Below, piece after piece: positions 1 to 10,207 of a stretch of 64,000 bases of DNA. Position 1 is the first letter of the stretch. Each line of letters starts with the position of its first letter. The translations under genes and the position numbers were made by a program. The notes under the pieces were generated by a model that was not told the origin of the DNA, ran no database searches, and saw only the letters and a program-made list of their open reading frames with translations. Source of the stretch: Minisyncoccota bacterium (GTDB lineage Bacteria > Patescibacteriota > Minisyncoccia > Phycocordibacterales > UBA918); contig JAWKSR010000004.1 in assembly GCA_041389005.1 (NCBI GenBank), positions 7,959 to 71,958 on the forward strand. Reading direction: 5' to 3'.

Positions 1-1
1 C

Positions 2-610
2 GTAGTAAAACAACAATCAGATGATGGCGTACAGACAACACAGTGGAGTACTCCGTACCAAGATATTACCGTCTTTTGGGAAGCTGGCGGTCCGTATGTA
101 CTGAATAGACCAGCACCATATCTAAAAGGCACAGTATTTAAGAACGATACGCAACTTTTTCCCGCTGCCTTTAACCAGACTTTTGTGCCAGGTAACCAGA
201 CTGTGCTTGGGGTACGAACATTTTATGATCTCATTAAAAAAAGAATGGTGAGTGAGTTTGTATATGAAGATCAGTCCACCACTACCGCACCACACATTAT
301 GACGCCAGAAAAATGTGCCTTCGATGTGAAAGAAGGGGGGATGATCTGGTGTGGGTTTGATTTCCAAGATTCTGATAGTCGGTCTCGTGAGTACCTAAGT
401 GATTGGTATAAAGGAGTGGTGCAGGCACAGGACGCTATTTGGGTTACACCTGATAGCCAAACTGATGAAGCCTTACTGGTGGTTGACCCACTTATCACAA
501 CCGGACGACCGCTCGATATTATCGATATGACCATGAGTTTTGATGGAGAGTGGCTTTTGTTTAGAAACAAGATTGATGACACCCTCTGGTCACTCAAACC
601 AACATATTAA
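2..610 (+). CDS. hypothetical protein, C-terminal part (5' end lies outside the window)
   Basis: Frame 2 is open from nt 2 to the stop at 608-610. The ORF track lists only the Met-started part 185..610. No family recognised. Confidence 0.5.
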   Translation, partial: VVKQQSDDGVQTTQWSTPYQDITVFWEAGGPYVLNRPAPYLKGTVFKNDTQLFPAAFNQTFVPGNQTVLGVRTFYDLIKKRMVSEFVYEDQSTTTAPHIMTPEKCAFDVKEGGMIWCGFDFQDSDSRSREYLSDWYKGVVQAQDAIWVTPDSQTDEALLVVDPLITTGRPLDIIDMTMSFDGEWLLFRNKIDDTLWSLKPTY

Positions 611-634
611 CCACAAACATATAGTGTCTGTAGG

Positions 635-1363
635 TTATTTATGTTTACGCACGATAAACTCTTGGGCAATCTGCACTAAGTTGCTGACAGTGAAGTACAG
701 TGCGACTGCACCCGAAAATGAATACGCTACTACAAAGATAATTGCTGGCATGACATAACGCATCTGCGCCTGCATACTGCGAGTAAAATCAGCTTTAAAA
801 TCAGGCTCAGCATCTTTTGCGCGTGGTTCTGGCTTCGGAAAGGCTAACTGCGCATGGATGAATTGGGTAAAGCCGGCGGCAAAAGCAAGAGGAAGATTTT
901 TAGCAGCAATGTCTATGAGGCCAAGAAACATCATATTTACCGTCTCCGGTGCCGCCACAAAACTGTAGAGAATGTCTATATTAATATCCGGTAGTGGTAC
1001 TCCGCCGCCTCGATACACCGCAAAATAGAGCGCAATAATGAGTGGTATTTGAATAAGGAGGAGTAACACGCTCGCGAAGGGATTGAGCCCCGCTTCTTTA
1101 TAGACCTCCATCATGGCACGAGCCTGTTCTTCTCGTTTGTCTTTGTACTTTTCTTTAATCTCTTTTAACTTTGGTTCAATCTCGCGCATAACCTTTTGGG
1201 TACGCACCGCTTTGATCGAGAGAGGTAAGAGGAGGAACTTTACCACTACAGTGATGGCGATAATCGCCAATCCAACATCCGCGCCAGGAAGAACATCAAT
1301 AAAGAAAACCAATCCATTATAGATTGGGTCAAAAAAGAATGTGTGCCATATATACGAAAACAT
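635..1363 (-). CDS. yidC: membrane protein insertase YidC (short YidC/Oxa1 form)
   Basis: 242-aa ORF with multiple TM segments. The KEIKEKYKDKREEQARAMMEVYKEAGLNP loop is typical of YidC. Canonical rpmH-rnpA-yidC order. Confidence 0.9.
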   Translation of the reverse strand: MFSYIWHTFFFDPIYNGLVFFIDVLPGADVGLAIIAITVVVKFLLLPLSIKAVRTQKVMREIEPKLKEIKEKYKDKREEQARAMMEVYKEAGLNPFASVLLLLIQIPLIIALYFAVYRGGGVPLPDINIDILYSFVAAPETVNMMFLGLIDIAAKNLPLAFAAGFTQFIHAQLAFPKPEPRAKDAEPDFKADFTRSMQAQMRYVMPAIIFVVAYSFSGAVALYFTVSNLVQIAQEFIVRKHK

Positions 1364-1383
1364 ATCCCGCTATCTTACCGTAG

Positions 1384-1719
1384 CTACCCTTTTGACTCAA
1401 TCTTTGTTAATAAACCAGTTAATTCTGCTTGTAGTTGTTGTGCTAGCACAGACACCGCTGATGACTTAGTAAGTACTATAAACACCCCAGAACAGTCATG
1501 AAGCTTGCAAAAATAATAGAGATGGTTGTATAGACGGCGACGTAGGGTATTTCGGGTAACAGCTTTCTTTGACACCTTTTTACCAACCACCACCGCGCCG
1601 TGAAATGAGTGGTGTGGGGTATGTATAATTTGTAGTGATGGTGAATGATATCGTTTCCCAGACGCAAAAAAACGATTGAAATCCTCGGTATTCAATCGTT
1701 TTTTCTTTGGCAACATCAT
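1384..1719 (-). CDS. rnpA: ribonuclease P protein component
   Basis: ORF 1384..1815 trimmed to the internal Met (MMLPKKKRLN...), because its upstream part overlaps rpmH. Basic ~110-aa protein directly downstream of rpmH. Confidence 0.85.
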   Translation of the reverse strand: MMLPKKKRLNTEDFNRFFASGKRYHSPSLQIIHTPHHSFHGAVVVGKKVSKKAVTRNTLRRRLYNHLYYFCKLHDCSGVFIVLTKSSAVSVLAQQLQAELTGLLTKIESKG

Positions 1720-1750
1720 ATACTCCTTAAGTATACGACAGAATGAGTAG

Positions 1751-1900
1751 TTAACGGCTTTTTTTGACCGCCAATTGAGCTCGTCCCTTACGGCGGCGGG
1801 CTTTGAGGACACCACTACCGCTTTTAGAGTTGGAGCGGGCTAAAAAACCATGGGTAGTCATGCGCTTTTTCTGGCTTGGTTGATAGGTTCGCTTCGGCAT
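1751..1900 (-). CDS. rpmH: 50S ribosomal protein L34
   Basis: Manual translation of the minus strand gives [49 protein letters not shown] plus a stop. It is below the ORF-track size cutoff. Confidence 0.9.
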   Translation of the reverse strand: MPKRTYQPSQKKRMTTHGFLARSNSKSGSGVLKARRRKGRAQLAVKKSR

Positions 1901-1988
1901 AAGAATAATTTGGTTATATAGTGTCGCACACTATACACCATAAAAAATTAAAATTCAATACTCAACACTACGATTGGCTGTACTAGAA

Positions 1989-2032
1989 TTCATACACAGT
2001 TTTATACAGACGTTCTACACAGGTTGTACACA
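1989..2032. promoter_or_regulatory. phased array of DnaA-box-like 9-mers (candidate oriC / dnaA autoregulatory region)
   Basis: ttcatacaca, tttatacaga, gttctacaca and gttgtacaca start at 1989, 2001, 2012 and 2023 (11-12 nt phasing). Each matches TTATCCACA at about 7/9, with a shared C5->A. Located between rpmH and dnaA. Confidence 0.4.
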
Positions 2033-2155
2033 CTTGACAGTTCGGCGCTTGAAACAAAACCATTTCCTCCAGATGTTTTGTAAAATTTTACAGCCTGAGT
2101 GAGAGGTATAATGCCTCTTACGTTTACTTGTTTTTGAATTGTTGTCACTACACCT

Positions 2156-3505
2156 ATGAGTTCCGTTTCTCAGTCAACCCACAATGGTATTCTTCATACT
2201 GAAAATGTCGATGTTAAAAGCTTTGGGACGATGCGTTGACCATCAGACTCTCCATCACCCCAGCCAACTTTGGCTTGGTTTCGTGACACGCACATTTGTG
2301 TCATAAGGATAACACCATCGCTTGGTGTACCGAGTGTCTTCGTGCGGGATTGGCTCTCAGACAAGTTCCAGTCGATGATATTAAAGATTCTTCAGGAACT
2401 GACGCCTCATGTACGCAGTATTGAATATAGTGTGGTGCAACGCCAGTGATACCGCCAAAGAGAGTAAGACACCAGACTGTTAACGCCGCACTACCGCCTT
2501 GAGGAATACTACATCAACAAAGCAGCAATGAACCCAAAATATGCGTTTGAAACATTTGTGGTCGGTCCGTTTAATGCTGCCACGCATTTTATACGAACCA
2601 TGGTGAAACCTGGTATTGCCTACAACCCACTCTTCATTTATGGAAAAACTGGTCGTAGTGAGAACACCTCATTCAAGCAGTGGGCAACCAAACTAAGCAG
2701 TCAGGAAAAAAGGTTTTTTATGTGACCAGTGAACGTTTTGTGGTTGATTACTTCAACGCCACAAAACGGTACTGCCAACAGTTTTAAAGACAAGTATAGT
2801 CAATACAAGTGTACTCATACATGGATGATGTGCAATTCTTAGCTTCAAAAGAAAAATCACAAGAAGGCTCCACATCGCGCTGCAATGCTTTGATAATAAT
2901 AAGCAGTTGTGTTCTCAAGTGATATTCATCGGCGTTACTCTCAGGTTTAGAAGAACGCCTACAGTCACAGTTTGCCCAAGGCATGATTGTGAATATTCCC
3001 GCTCCCTGACCTTGAGAGTCGGCTATCCTCAAAGCTAAAGCAGCTCAAAATAGCATCACACTTACTGAAGAGGTGGTTGATCACCTCGCAGAAACAATCG
3101 AAGGTAATATTCGCGAGCTGGAAGGTGCCCTCAACACCATCATGTGCCAATCACAACTACAAGGACGCCCTGTCACTTGATGAAGTGAAACAAATCATCA
3201 AAAACAGCACCCGACCACGTAAAACGCTGGCAGTGTCTGATGTGGTTGATAAAATTGGCACGATATTTTGACATCGACCCAGCGAGTATTTACGAAAAAC
3301 TCTACCGTAAAGAGGTGTGAAGCCACGACAGCTTATTATGTATATTTTACGGAAGTTTTGCTGTCTCATATCCAGCCATTGGACAGAAGTTAGGTGGTCG
3401 CGACCACACCGTCATTCACTCGTGTGAGAAGATAAAAAAATGAACTTAAAGACAACACCGAGTTGGAGGAGGAAGTTACCCCAGATCAGATTACTCCTTA
3501 AATAA
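2156..3505 (+). pseudogene. dnaA: chromosomal replication initiator DnaA, broken by many frame changes (possibly assembly indels)
   Basis: DnaA-like peptides appear in alternating frames: KLWDDALTIRLSITPANF; WFRDTH..VPSVFVRDWLSDKFQSMILKILQELTPHVRSIEYSVV; NPKYAFETFVVGP..AYNPLFIYGKTG; EHLIQAVGNQTKQSGKKVFYVTSERFV; LTEEVVDHLAETIEGNIRELEGALNTI; GGRDHTVIHSCEKIKK. Confidence 0.85.
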
Positions 3506-3821
3506 CACAAAACAAACCCATCTCTAAGTGAGAGGGTTTGTTTTTATGTTACAATTGAGGATAGTTTGGATACTACCTGGGAATAAGACTGTATAGCTAT
3601 TAGATAATGGTGGGGGTTAGGAAACTATTGTTGGGTATAAAAACTCCTTTATACAGTCTGCTAGGGGATGGGAGAAATCCCCAGGACTATCCTCACCTGA
3701 GCAGGTTATTATTCGGTAGTTGTTCTAAAACACACCCAGGAATATAAATGAAATGCGCCATAAAATAACGATATGCACAGTTCCACAGGATAATAATAAT
3801 ACGTATAATGGGGTGAAAAAT

Positions 3822-4907
3822 ATGTATATAACACTCAATACACAGCTACTACAAGAAAAGTGGATATCGTAAGTCGTGTTAGTACTAAGCACGTGACGTT
3901 GCCAGTACTGCAATGTGTTTTATTGGAAACAACCAAGGATAAACTTATCTTACGAGCAACAAACTTAGAGATTGGTATTGAGGCAGTTATAGAAAAGGTG
4001 AGATTACAGAAGAAGGAGTTGTTGCTGTGCCAGCAGCGGTACTTTTACAGACAGTTAATTTAAATAAACATAAAGACATTACCTTGCGGGCGGAAGAGGG
4101 GACGGTGATTGTCGAAGGGAGTGGCTCAGAAACCCAGATAAAATGTGTCCCTTATGAAGAGTTTCCGACAATACCTCACCTAAAAGAATCTGGTCAGACG
4201 CTTAACAAAGATCAGTTTGCGCTTGGTATTAAAACCGCGGCTTTTGCGGCTTCTGTCTCCTCAATAAAACCAGAGTTAGGTAGTGTGTGTATGTGTATCA
4301 AAAAAAAGAGCACACCCTTACCTTTGTTGCCACCGACTCATTTCAGTTGATGGAAAAACTGTCACTCAAAGAGTGGTGTTAGACACAGCGTTACTTATAC
4401 CCCAGAAAAACGCCTTAGAGATTGCTCGTCTTTGCGAGCGGGAATCTTCTGAGGTGATACTACGAGTAAACGAAAATCAATGTTCGTTGGAGTTCTCAGA
4501 TGGTGTATATATAACATCACGATTGACGACTGGTTCATTTCCAGATTACGTACAAATAATCCCGAAAGAGTACGAAACACACACTATTGTTTAAAGTGAC
4601 CTCATTCAATCTTTCAAAAAAACTAATATATTTCTTAATAAGTTTCTTCAAGTGTCACTCCATGTAACCGAGCAGTCACTCACGATCTCAGCAAACAGCG
4701 GCGAAGTAGGGACTACTACCGAATCCAATATACTCAATGACGGTGGTGAGCTAACATTGTTACGCCAACGGTACGTCTCAGAAGCCCTTAGTCACTTTAC
4801 TGATGACAACCCTGAAGCTCAATTTAGCTGGTTTGGGACGCCCAATGGTCATCACCGGCACGCATGATGCATCAATACGGTACCTCGTGATGCCGATGAA
4901 CAAATAA
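3822..4907 (+). pseudogene. dnaN: DNA polymerase III beta sliding clamp, broken by several frame changes (possibly assembly indels)
   Basis: Clamp-like pieces appear in different frames: MYITLNTQLLQEK; DIVSRVSTKHVTLPVLQCVLLETTKDKLILRATNLEIGIEA; ..ITLRAEEGTVIVEGSGSETQIKCVPYEEFPTIP..; C-terminal GRPMVITGTHDASIRYLVMPMNK plus stop. TATAAT at 3804-3809. Confidence 0.85.
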
Positions 4908-4909
4908 CA

Positions 4910-5203
4910 ATGGCAGACAAAAAAACAGCTCCACTTAAGCCACTTGGCGGGTTATTTGAAAAATACAAACAAACTTTAGTGGCGCCAGAAGCGACGGTTA
5001 TCAATGGGTTTGTTGAGGTGGTGAACGATGTGCTTGGCATTACACTCGATAAGAAGAGGCTTCAATATAATCCAAATACAAAAATAATTTCAATACTAGG
5101 ACAGGCGGTTATACGTTCTGAATTAAAGGCCAATCAAACTGAGATATTCACACACATGAAAGGTCGGTTTGGTGCCAAAAACACTCCCAAAACCATCATC
5201 TAA
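4910..5203 (+). CDS. small conserved protein, possibly DUF721/DciA-like
   Basis: 97-aa ORF starting 3 nt after dnaN. Its position and overall pattern (..ILGQAVIRSELKANQTEIFTHMKGRFG..) resemble DUF721 proteins. The assignment is tentative. Confidence 0.4.
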   Translation: MADKKTAPLKPLGGLFEKYKQTLVAPEATVINGFVEVVNDVLGITLDKKRLQYNPNTKIISILGQAVIRSELKANQTEIFTHMKGRFGAKNTPKTII

Positions 5204-5206
5204 ACA

Positions 5207-7458
5207 CTACTGACGTTCACCGACATCTGGAGAGGTTGGAGAGAGTGGGTTGGAGTCTTCATTTCCGTCCTGGGTGCTACTAGCAGTACGAGCATACTGT
5301 GCTCCTTTCCAGGCTACCACCCCATATTCCCACAATGAGTATTGTGGATCAGCAGCGGGGTTTTGTGGATACGGTCCTCGAGGGTCGTCTTTATTAACAA
5401 AATGTAGGATAGAGTGGGTGTTATTAAATAATGCCTCTGCAATAGCTTCAGCGGTGACATTGTCACTCTCGATCAAGTTTTGTGCGATGGCAGCAGCATC
5501 AATGGCGTAGCCATTAGAACGCAACACCGGTTTTATATCACTCGGGATGGCGGCTGGTTCTGGGAATGAGGCTGGCTCCATTTTTTCCATTGCCACATCC
5601 ATAAAATCTCGCCACATTGGGGTAATAATAAGACCAGAAATCTTTTTTGCCATGGAACGGTTATCATTGTTGCCTGCCCAGGCACCAACTACGATGTTTG
5701 GTGTGTATCCCAAAATCCACGCATCCCGGTAGTCATTGGTGGTACCGGTTTTGGCTGCTACATCACGCCCACCAAAGTACAGGAGCGAGTTAGCACCATA
5801 GAGTGGTGTGCGAGCTACGTTATCTGAAAGTACATCTGATATTTGTAGCGCCACCTCTCGGTCCATTACTTGTTGTCCTTCTGGTTGGTGTTCTTCCACT
5901 ATGTTTCCGTCTTTATCTTCGATACGTAGAATTCCGGTAAGGTCAACTTTTTCCCCTTCATTAGCGAATACTCCATAGGCACCCACCATATCCAAGAGAC
6001 GCACTTCACCACCACCAAGTACCAGCGTAAGTCCATAACGATCAGGGTCAGTGAGGGTGGTGATGCCAGTGTCGCGAGCCAGCTTAAGTGCTGATTTCAT
6101 GCCAGTTAAGTACAGGGTTTTTACTGCTGGTATGTTAAGTGATTGGGCGAGGGCGTTGCGCATTGAAACTGGGCCTCGAAAGCGGTTGTCGTAGTTGCCT
6201 GGTGAGTAGCAGTTATCTTCTGAAGTGAGATTGCTGGGCTCACAGCGGGCTGAGAATTGTGTTGCTACATCAAACAAAGTGGTGGCTGGTGTATACCCTT
6301 TTTCAAACGCGGCTGCATAGACAAAGGGTTTAAACGAAGAACCTGGTTGGCGTTCCGCCAGGGCGATATTAAAGTTCCCATCAATATCTTCGTCAAAGTA
6401 GTCACGCGATCCTACCATCACTAATATCTCACCGTTATTAGGATCAACAGCGACTAATGAGCCGTTTTCCGCATTAAACGCCTCTTCGTTATATAGAGCT
6501 TTCTCTTTCACGATTTCCTCAGCAGCAGCTTGAAGCTCATAATCAATGGTGGTAATGACCCGAAAGCCGCGCTCAGAAAGTGATTCCTCACCGTACTTGC
6601 GTGCTAGCTGTTCGCGTATGTACATCACAAAATGAGGCGCGCGAATACCTGTTTCTGCTTGGGGTAGAAAAGTAGCAGAATCAGTTTTTGCTTGGTCGAA
6701 CTCTTCTTGCGTAATAAAGTCGTGCTTAAGCATCTGTGCCAACACTTGGTCTTTACGTGCTTCCAGAAGGTCTCGATTGTTTCCAAACGGTGAGTAGCGG
6801 GTTGGTGCTTGTGGCAAAGCAGCTAAGTACGCTGCCTCGAGGAGGGTGACGTCAGCAGCTGATTTGCCAAAGAAGGCTTGACTTGCTTCCTCGACTCCAT
6901 AAATAGTTCCTCCGTACGGTGATTCATTAAGATAGTGTCCCAAAATCTCTTCTTTAGTGAGCACTTGTTCCAATCGTAGTGCCAAGATAGCCTCTTTGAT
7001 TTTTCGGGTGATGGTTTTTTCACGTACCAAGATAGAGTTTTTGATCACTTGTTGGGTGATAGTAGAACCACCTGACCGCCAAGCAAGTCACCTCCTTGCA
7101 GGTTTAGAAGGGCAGCTCGCACAATTGCCAACGGACGAACTCCCCAATGCTCAAAGAAAGTATCATCCTCAATAGCAACGGTGGCGTTTTTCACATGCCG
7201 TGAAATGTCCTCATACGGCACAATAGTGCGTTTCACATCTTGATGGAGGTCATACAGAAGAATCTCTCCAGTGCGGTCATAAATCTTGGTGGATTGTAAA
7301 ATGCGGCGCTCTTCAAACGTAGACAGGTCAGGTATCTCTAAGGTAGATATCCAAATAAACAGACCGCCTACAACCACCAAGCCAAGCACAAACACCGCAA
7401 TTGCCGCGTCAATAAGAAGCTCTTTAGTGTGTTCTTTTAAGTGCCAATGCTTAGCCAT
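5207..7458 (-). CDS. penicillin-binding protein 1A (bifunctional transglycosylase/transpeptidase), one frameshift near 7045-7080
   Basis: ORFs 7045..7458 (TM segment, EDDTFFEHWGV) and 5207..7048 (ITRKIKEAILALRLE.., SSFKPFVYAAA, KTGTTND). GGSTITQQVIKN is readable across the junction after a 1-nt shift. Confidence 0.85.
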
Positions 7459-7548
7459 ACGTCTGTCTTAAAACCGCTCAATATTGCCATAATAGCACGT
7501 AATGTCTACCTAGCTTGCCGGTTAGGGTGTGTTACATTATGTACTATC

Positions 7549-8793
7549 ATGACACTTTCAGAAGAGTTGCGTGCCCGTGGTTTCATCCACCAATGTTCGA
7601 GTGAATCACTCGAACTCGTTCTCGATAATGAAACCAGAACGGTATATCACGGCATCGATCCAACCGCTGATTCAGCGCATGCTGGTAATTTTGTAAACTG
7701 GGTACTTCTGCGGCATCTAGTTAACCACGGACATAAGGTTATCTTTTTAGTTGGCGGTGGCACTGGGCGTATTGGTGACCCGAAGCCAGATGCCGAGCGG
7801 GAACTTGTCTCCACTGAGGTTATCGATGAGCGAGTGACTAAACTCAAAGCTCAAGCCAAGCACTTACTCGGAACCACTGAGGTAGTGTTTGTGAACAACC
7901 AAGACTGGCTCGGGTCATTGAATTTGATTGATTTTTTACGTGATATTGGCAAACATTTCACCGTCAATGAGTTGATCAAAAAAGACGCAATTGCCAATCG
8001 ATTATCATCAGAAGTTGGTCTTTCATATACTGAGTTTGCCTACCCACTACTCCAAGCCTTTGATTACTTGCAGCTCTACCGTCAACACAACTGCACACTG
8101 CAAGTCGGAGGGTCTGACCAGTGGGGGAATATTGTGGCGGGAGTTGACTTGGTGCGCCGCTTAGAACAAACAGAAGTATTTGCCCTCACGCAACCGCTCG
8201 TGACCGATAAAGCAACTGGTAAAAAGTTTGGCAAGAGTGAAGGCAACGCGGTGTGGCTAGACGCAGAAAAGACGTCCCCATACACCTTCTATCAGTTTTG
8301 GCTCAACACTTCAGATGATTCAGTGATTGAATACTTGAAACGGTTCACCTTCATTTCTCTGGCTGAGATTGCAGAGATAGAAAAAGCTTTTTTAGAAAAT
8401 CCTGGCTCGCGGTCTGCTCAAAAACATTTGGCTGAAGCGGTAACCACATTTGTTCACGGAGAAACGGTTGCTAAATCAGTTATAGCAGCATCGGAGATCT
8501 TGTTTGGCGAGCGAAATATTACTGAATTGAGCGCTGATAGTGTCACTGTCTTGCTAGAGAATGCGCCAACACATGACATTGCTGGTGGTGAAAGTATCAT
8601 TGATGTTTTGGTAGCAAGTGGTTTGGCAACCAGTAAGCGGGAAGCGCGAACGTTTATTGAGAGTGGCGCTGTCACACTGGACGATAAAAAAATAACCGAT
8701 ACAGAAGCAGCCCTTACGTCTGATGTGTTAGCAAATCCGCACACACTCCTCCGGCGCGGTAAAAAACAGTACGTGATCTTAGTGCAAAAATAA
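7549..8793 (+). CDS. tyrS: tyrosine--tRNA ligase
   Basis: ORF 7441..8793 trimmed to MTLSEELRARGFIHQ. HIGH-like region (DPTADSAHAGNF), KFGKS (KMSKS-type) motif, and a C-terminal S4-like domain. Confidence 0.9.
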   Translation: MTLSEELRARGFIHQCSSESLELVLDNETRTVYHGIDPTADSAHAGNFVNWVLLRHLVNHGHKVIFLVGGGTGRIGDPKPDAERELVSTEVIDERVTKLKAQAKHLLGTTEVVFVNNQDWLGSLNLIDFLRDIGKHFTVNELIKKDAIANRLSSEVGLSYTEFAYPLLQAFDYLQLYRQHNCTLQVGGSDQWGNIVAGVDLVRRLEQTEVFALTQPLVTDKATGKKFGKSEGNAVWLDAEKTSPYTFYQFWLNTSDDSVIEYLKRFTFISLAEIAEIEKAFLENPGSRSAQKHLAEAVTTFVHGETVAKSVIAASEILFGERNITELSADSVTVLLENAPTHDIAGGESIIDVLVASGLATSKREARTFIESGAVTLDDKKITDTEAALTSDVLANPHTLLRRGKKQYVILVQK

Positions 8794-8827
8794 CCAAAAC
8801 CGCCTCACTATAGTGAGGCGGTTTTGG
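8794..8827. terminator. bidirectional intrinsic terminator between convergent tyrS and the acidic-protein gene
   Basis: Perfect hairpin ccaaaaccgcctcac-tat-agtgaggcggttttgg, with an A-run on one side and a T-run on the other. Confidence 0.8.
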
Positions 8828-9103
8828 TTACATCTCGTCCACATCGTCAAAGTTATCGTAGTCAACGTCTTCCGCATCTTCCTCTAACTCGTCATCGCTA
8901 TCGTCAGAATCATCGTCATCTTCTTCCTCTTCACCATCACTATCGTCTTCAACGTGACCAAACCCCTCAGTGTCATCCTCATCCCCATCATCATCGTCAC
9001 TAATCTCATCAAGAACAGCATCATCTAAATCCGCATCGGAATCATCGGTTTCCTCTTCCAATTCTTCCTCTTCATCAGCACCAAAAGTATCAAAGAAGAT
9101 CAT
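8828..9103 (-). CDS. hyper-acidic small protein (Asp/Glu-rich, 91 aa)
   Basis: ORF in the same direction as yebC-ruvC, 67 nt downstream of ruvC. The sequence is almost entirely D/E/S with a few aromatic residues. Confidence 0.6.
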   Translation of the reverse strand: MIFFDTFGADEEEELEEETDDSDADLDDAVLDEISDDDDGDEDDTEGFGHVEDDSDGEEEEDDDDSDDSDDELEEDAEDVDYDNFDDVDEM

Positions 9104-9170
9104 AATGTATGTGTTACGAACGTTAGGTTTATTAAAAGTGTGACGAAGTTACTATCACTTCCAGTGGATT

Positions 9171-9653
9171 TTACCGTATTGGCGTATGAGCGCAAGCCAA
9201 GGCAGTGATACCAACCGCAATAGCATCGTATTCATCATCAAGGGCGTCTGTGGGGGCGTCTGAAACCAATCGTTTGACCATGTCAATCACCGCCTGCTTA
9301 TCACTTTTACCATATCCAGTTACTGCTACTTTTATTTCTTGCGGACCAAACTCAGCGATACTGCAACCAGCCTGCTCAGCTAAAAACAAGATCACTCCGC
9401 GCGCTTGTGCAACCGCCACCGCAGTCTTTACATTCTTATTGAAAAAAAGCGTTTCAATAGCAAGTTGGTCAGGATGGTATTTGTGTAGTAGGGAATTAAG
9501 GGTTTCTCCGAGATAGTGGAGTCGCTCTGACAAGGTGTCGGTTTTACTGGTTTCTATACAGGTTGAGTGCAGTAACATCTCTTTACCAGCCTGTTTCTCA
9601 AGGACTGCCACACCAAGTCGGTCGTAGCCAGGATCAACTGCAAGCACTCTCAT
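9171..9653 (-). CDS. ruvC: crossover junction endodeoxyribonuclease RuvC
   Basis: MRVLAVDPGYDRLGVAVLE.. N-terminus and RNase-H-like RuvC pattern. 160 aa. Confidence 0.9.
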   Translation of the reverse strand: MRVLAVDPGYDRLGVAVLEKQAGKEMLLHSTCIETSKTDTLSERLHYLGETLNSLLHKYHPDQLAIETLFFNKNVKTAVAVAQARGVILFLAEQAGCSIAEFGPQEIKVAVTGYGKSDKQAVIDMVKRLVSDAPTDALDDEYDAIAVGITALACAHTPIR

Positions 9654-9664
9654 AGATATAATTA

Positions 9665-10204
9665 TTATTCTGGGGTGTCTGCAGCGGTAAACACATCCGT
9701 CACATCATCACTCTCCTCTAATTTCTCAATAAATTCAGCTAGTTTCTCGCCAGTGCTGTCATCAAGTTCCATAGGACTGGTCGGCACATATCCACCATCA
9801 GCTTTTGTAAATGCCCAGGCAGCAGAGCCAGGGGTGCCCATCTCTAATCCGCTTTTAGAGAAAATACTACGGATTTCTGCCGCAGTACGATTATTATTGT
9901 CAGTCACTGCTTGGATTAAAACCGCTACGCCGCCCGGACCATAGCCTTCATACATAACTTCCTGAATCGCCGCTCCGCCAGTACCAGAACCTTTCGCCAC
10001 CGCACGTTCGATATTTTCCTTCGGCATGGAGTCTTTCTTGGCGCGCTCAATCGCTGCAGCTAAGCCGGGTGAGTTTACATCACCGCCGGCTTTACGTGAT
10101 TCCACTGCAATCAGTGCCGCGTGTTTGCTAAACACCTTGCTCTTTTGCGCATCACTAGCGGCTTTTTTGTGTTTTATTTTTGACCACTTATTATGTCCTG
10201 ACAT
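9665..10204 (-). CDS. yebC: YebC/PmpR family DNA-binding regulator (short form, 179 aa)
   Basis: MSGHNKWSKIKHKKAASDAQKSKVF.. and YEGYGPGGVAVLI motifs. About 65 aa shorter than E. coli YebC as I recall it. Confidence 0.85.
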   Translation of the reverse strand: MSGHNKWSKIKHKKAASDAQKSKVFSKHAALIAVESRKAGGDVNSPGLAAAIERAKKDSMPKENIERAVAKGSGTGGAAIQEVMYEGYGPGGVAVLIQAVTDNNNRTAAEIRSIFSKSGLEMGTPGSAAWAFTKADGGYVPTSPMELDDSTGEKLAEFIEKLEESDDVTDVFTAADTPE

Positions 10205-10207
10205 AAT

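Noticed and set aside
2156-2725. The fragmented dnaA might be explained by an alternative genetic code (UGA read as an amino acid, as in some candidate phyla).
   Set aside because: The frame starting at 2156 is interrupted by TAA as well as TGA. More importantly, the DnaA-homologous peptide sequence itself jumps between frames. Intact genes in the window end with TAA, TAG and TGA, so the standard code 11 fits.
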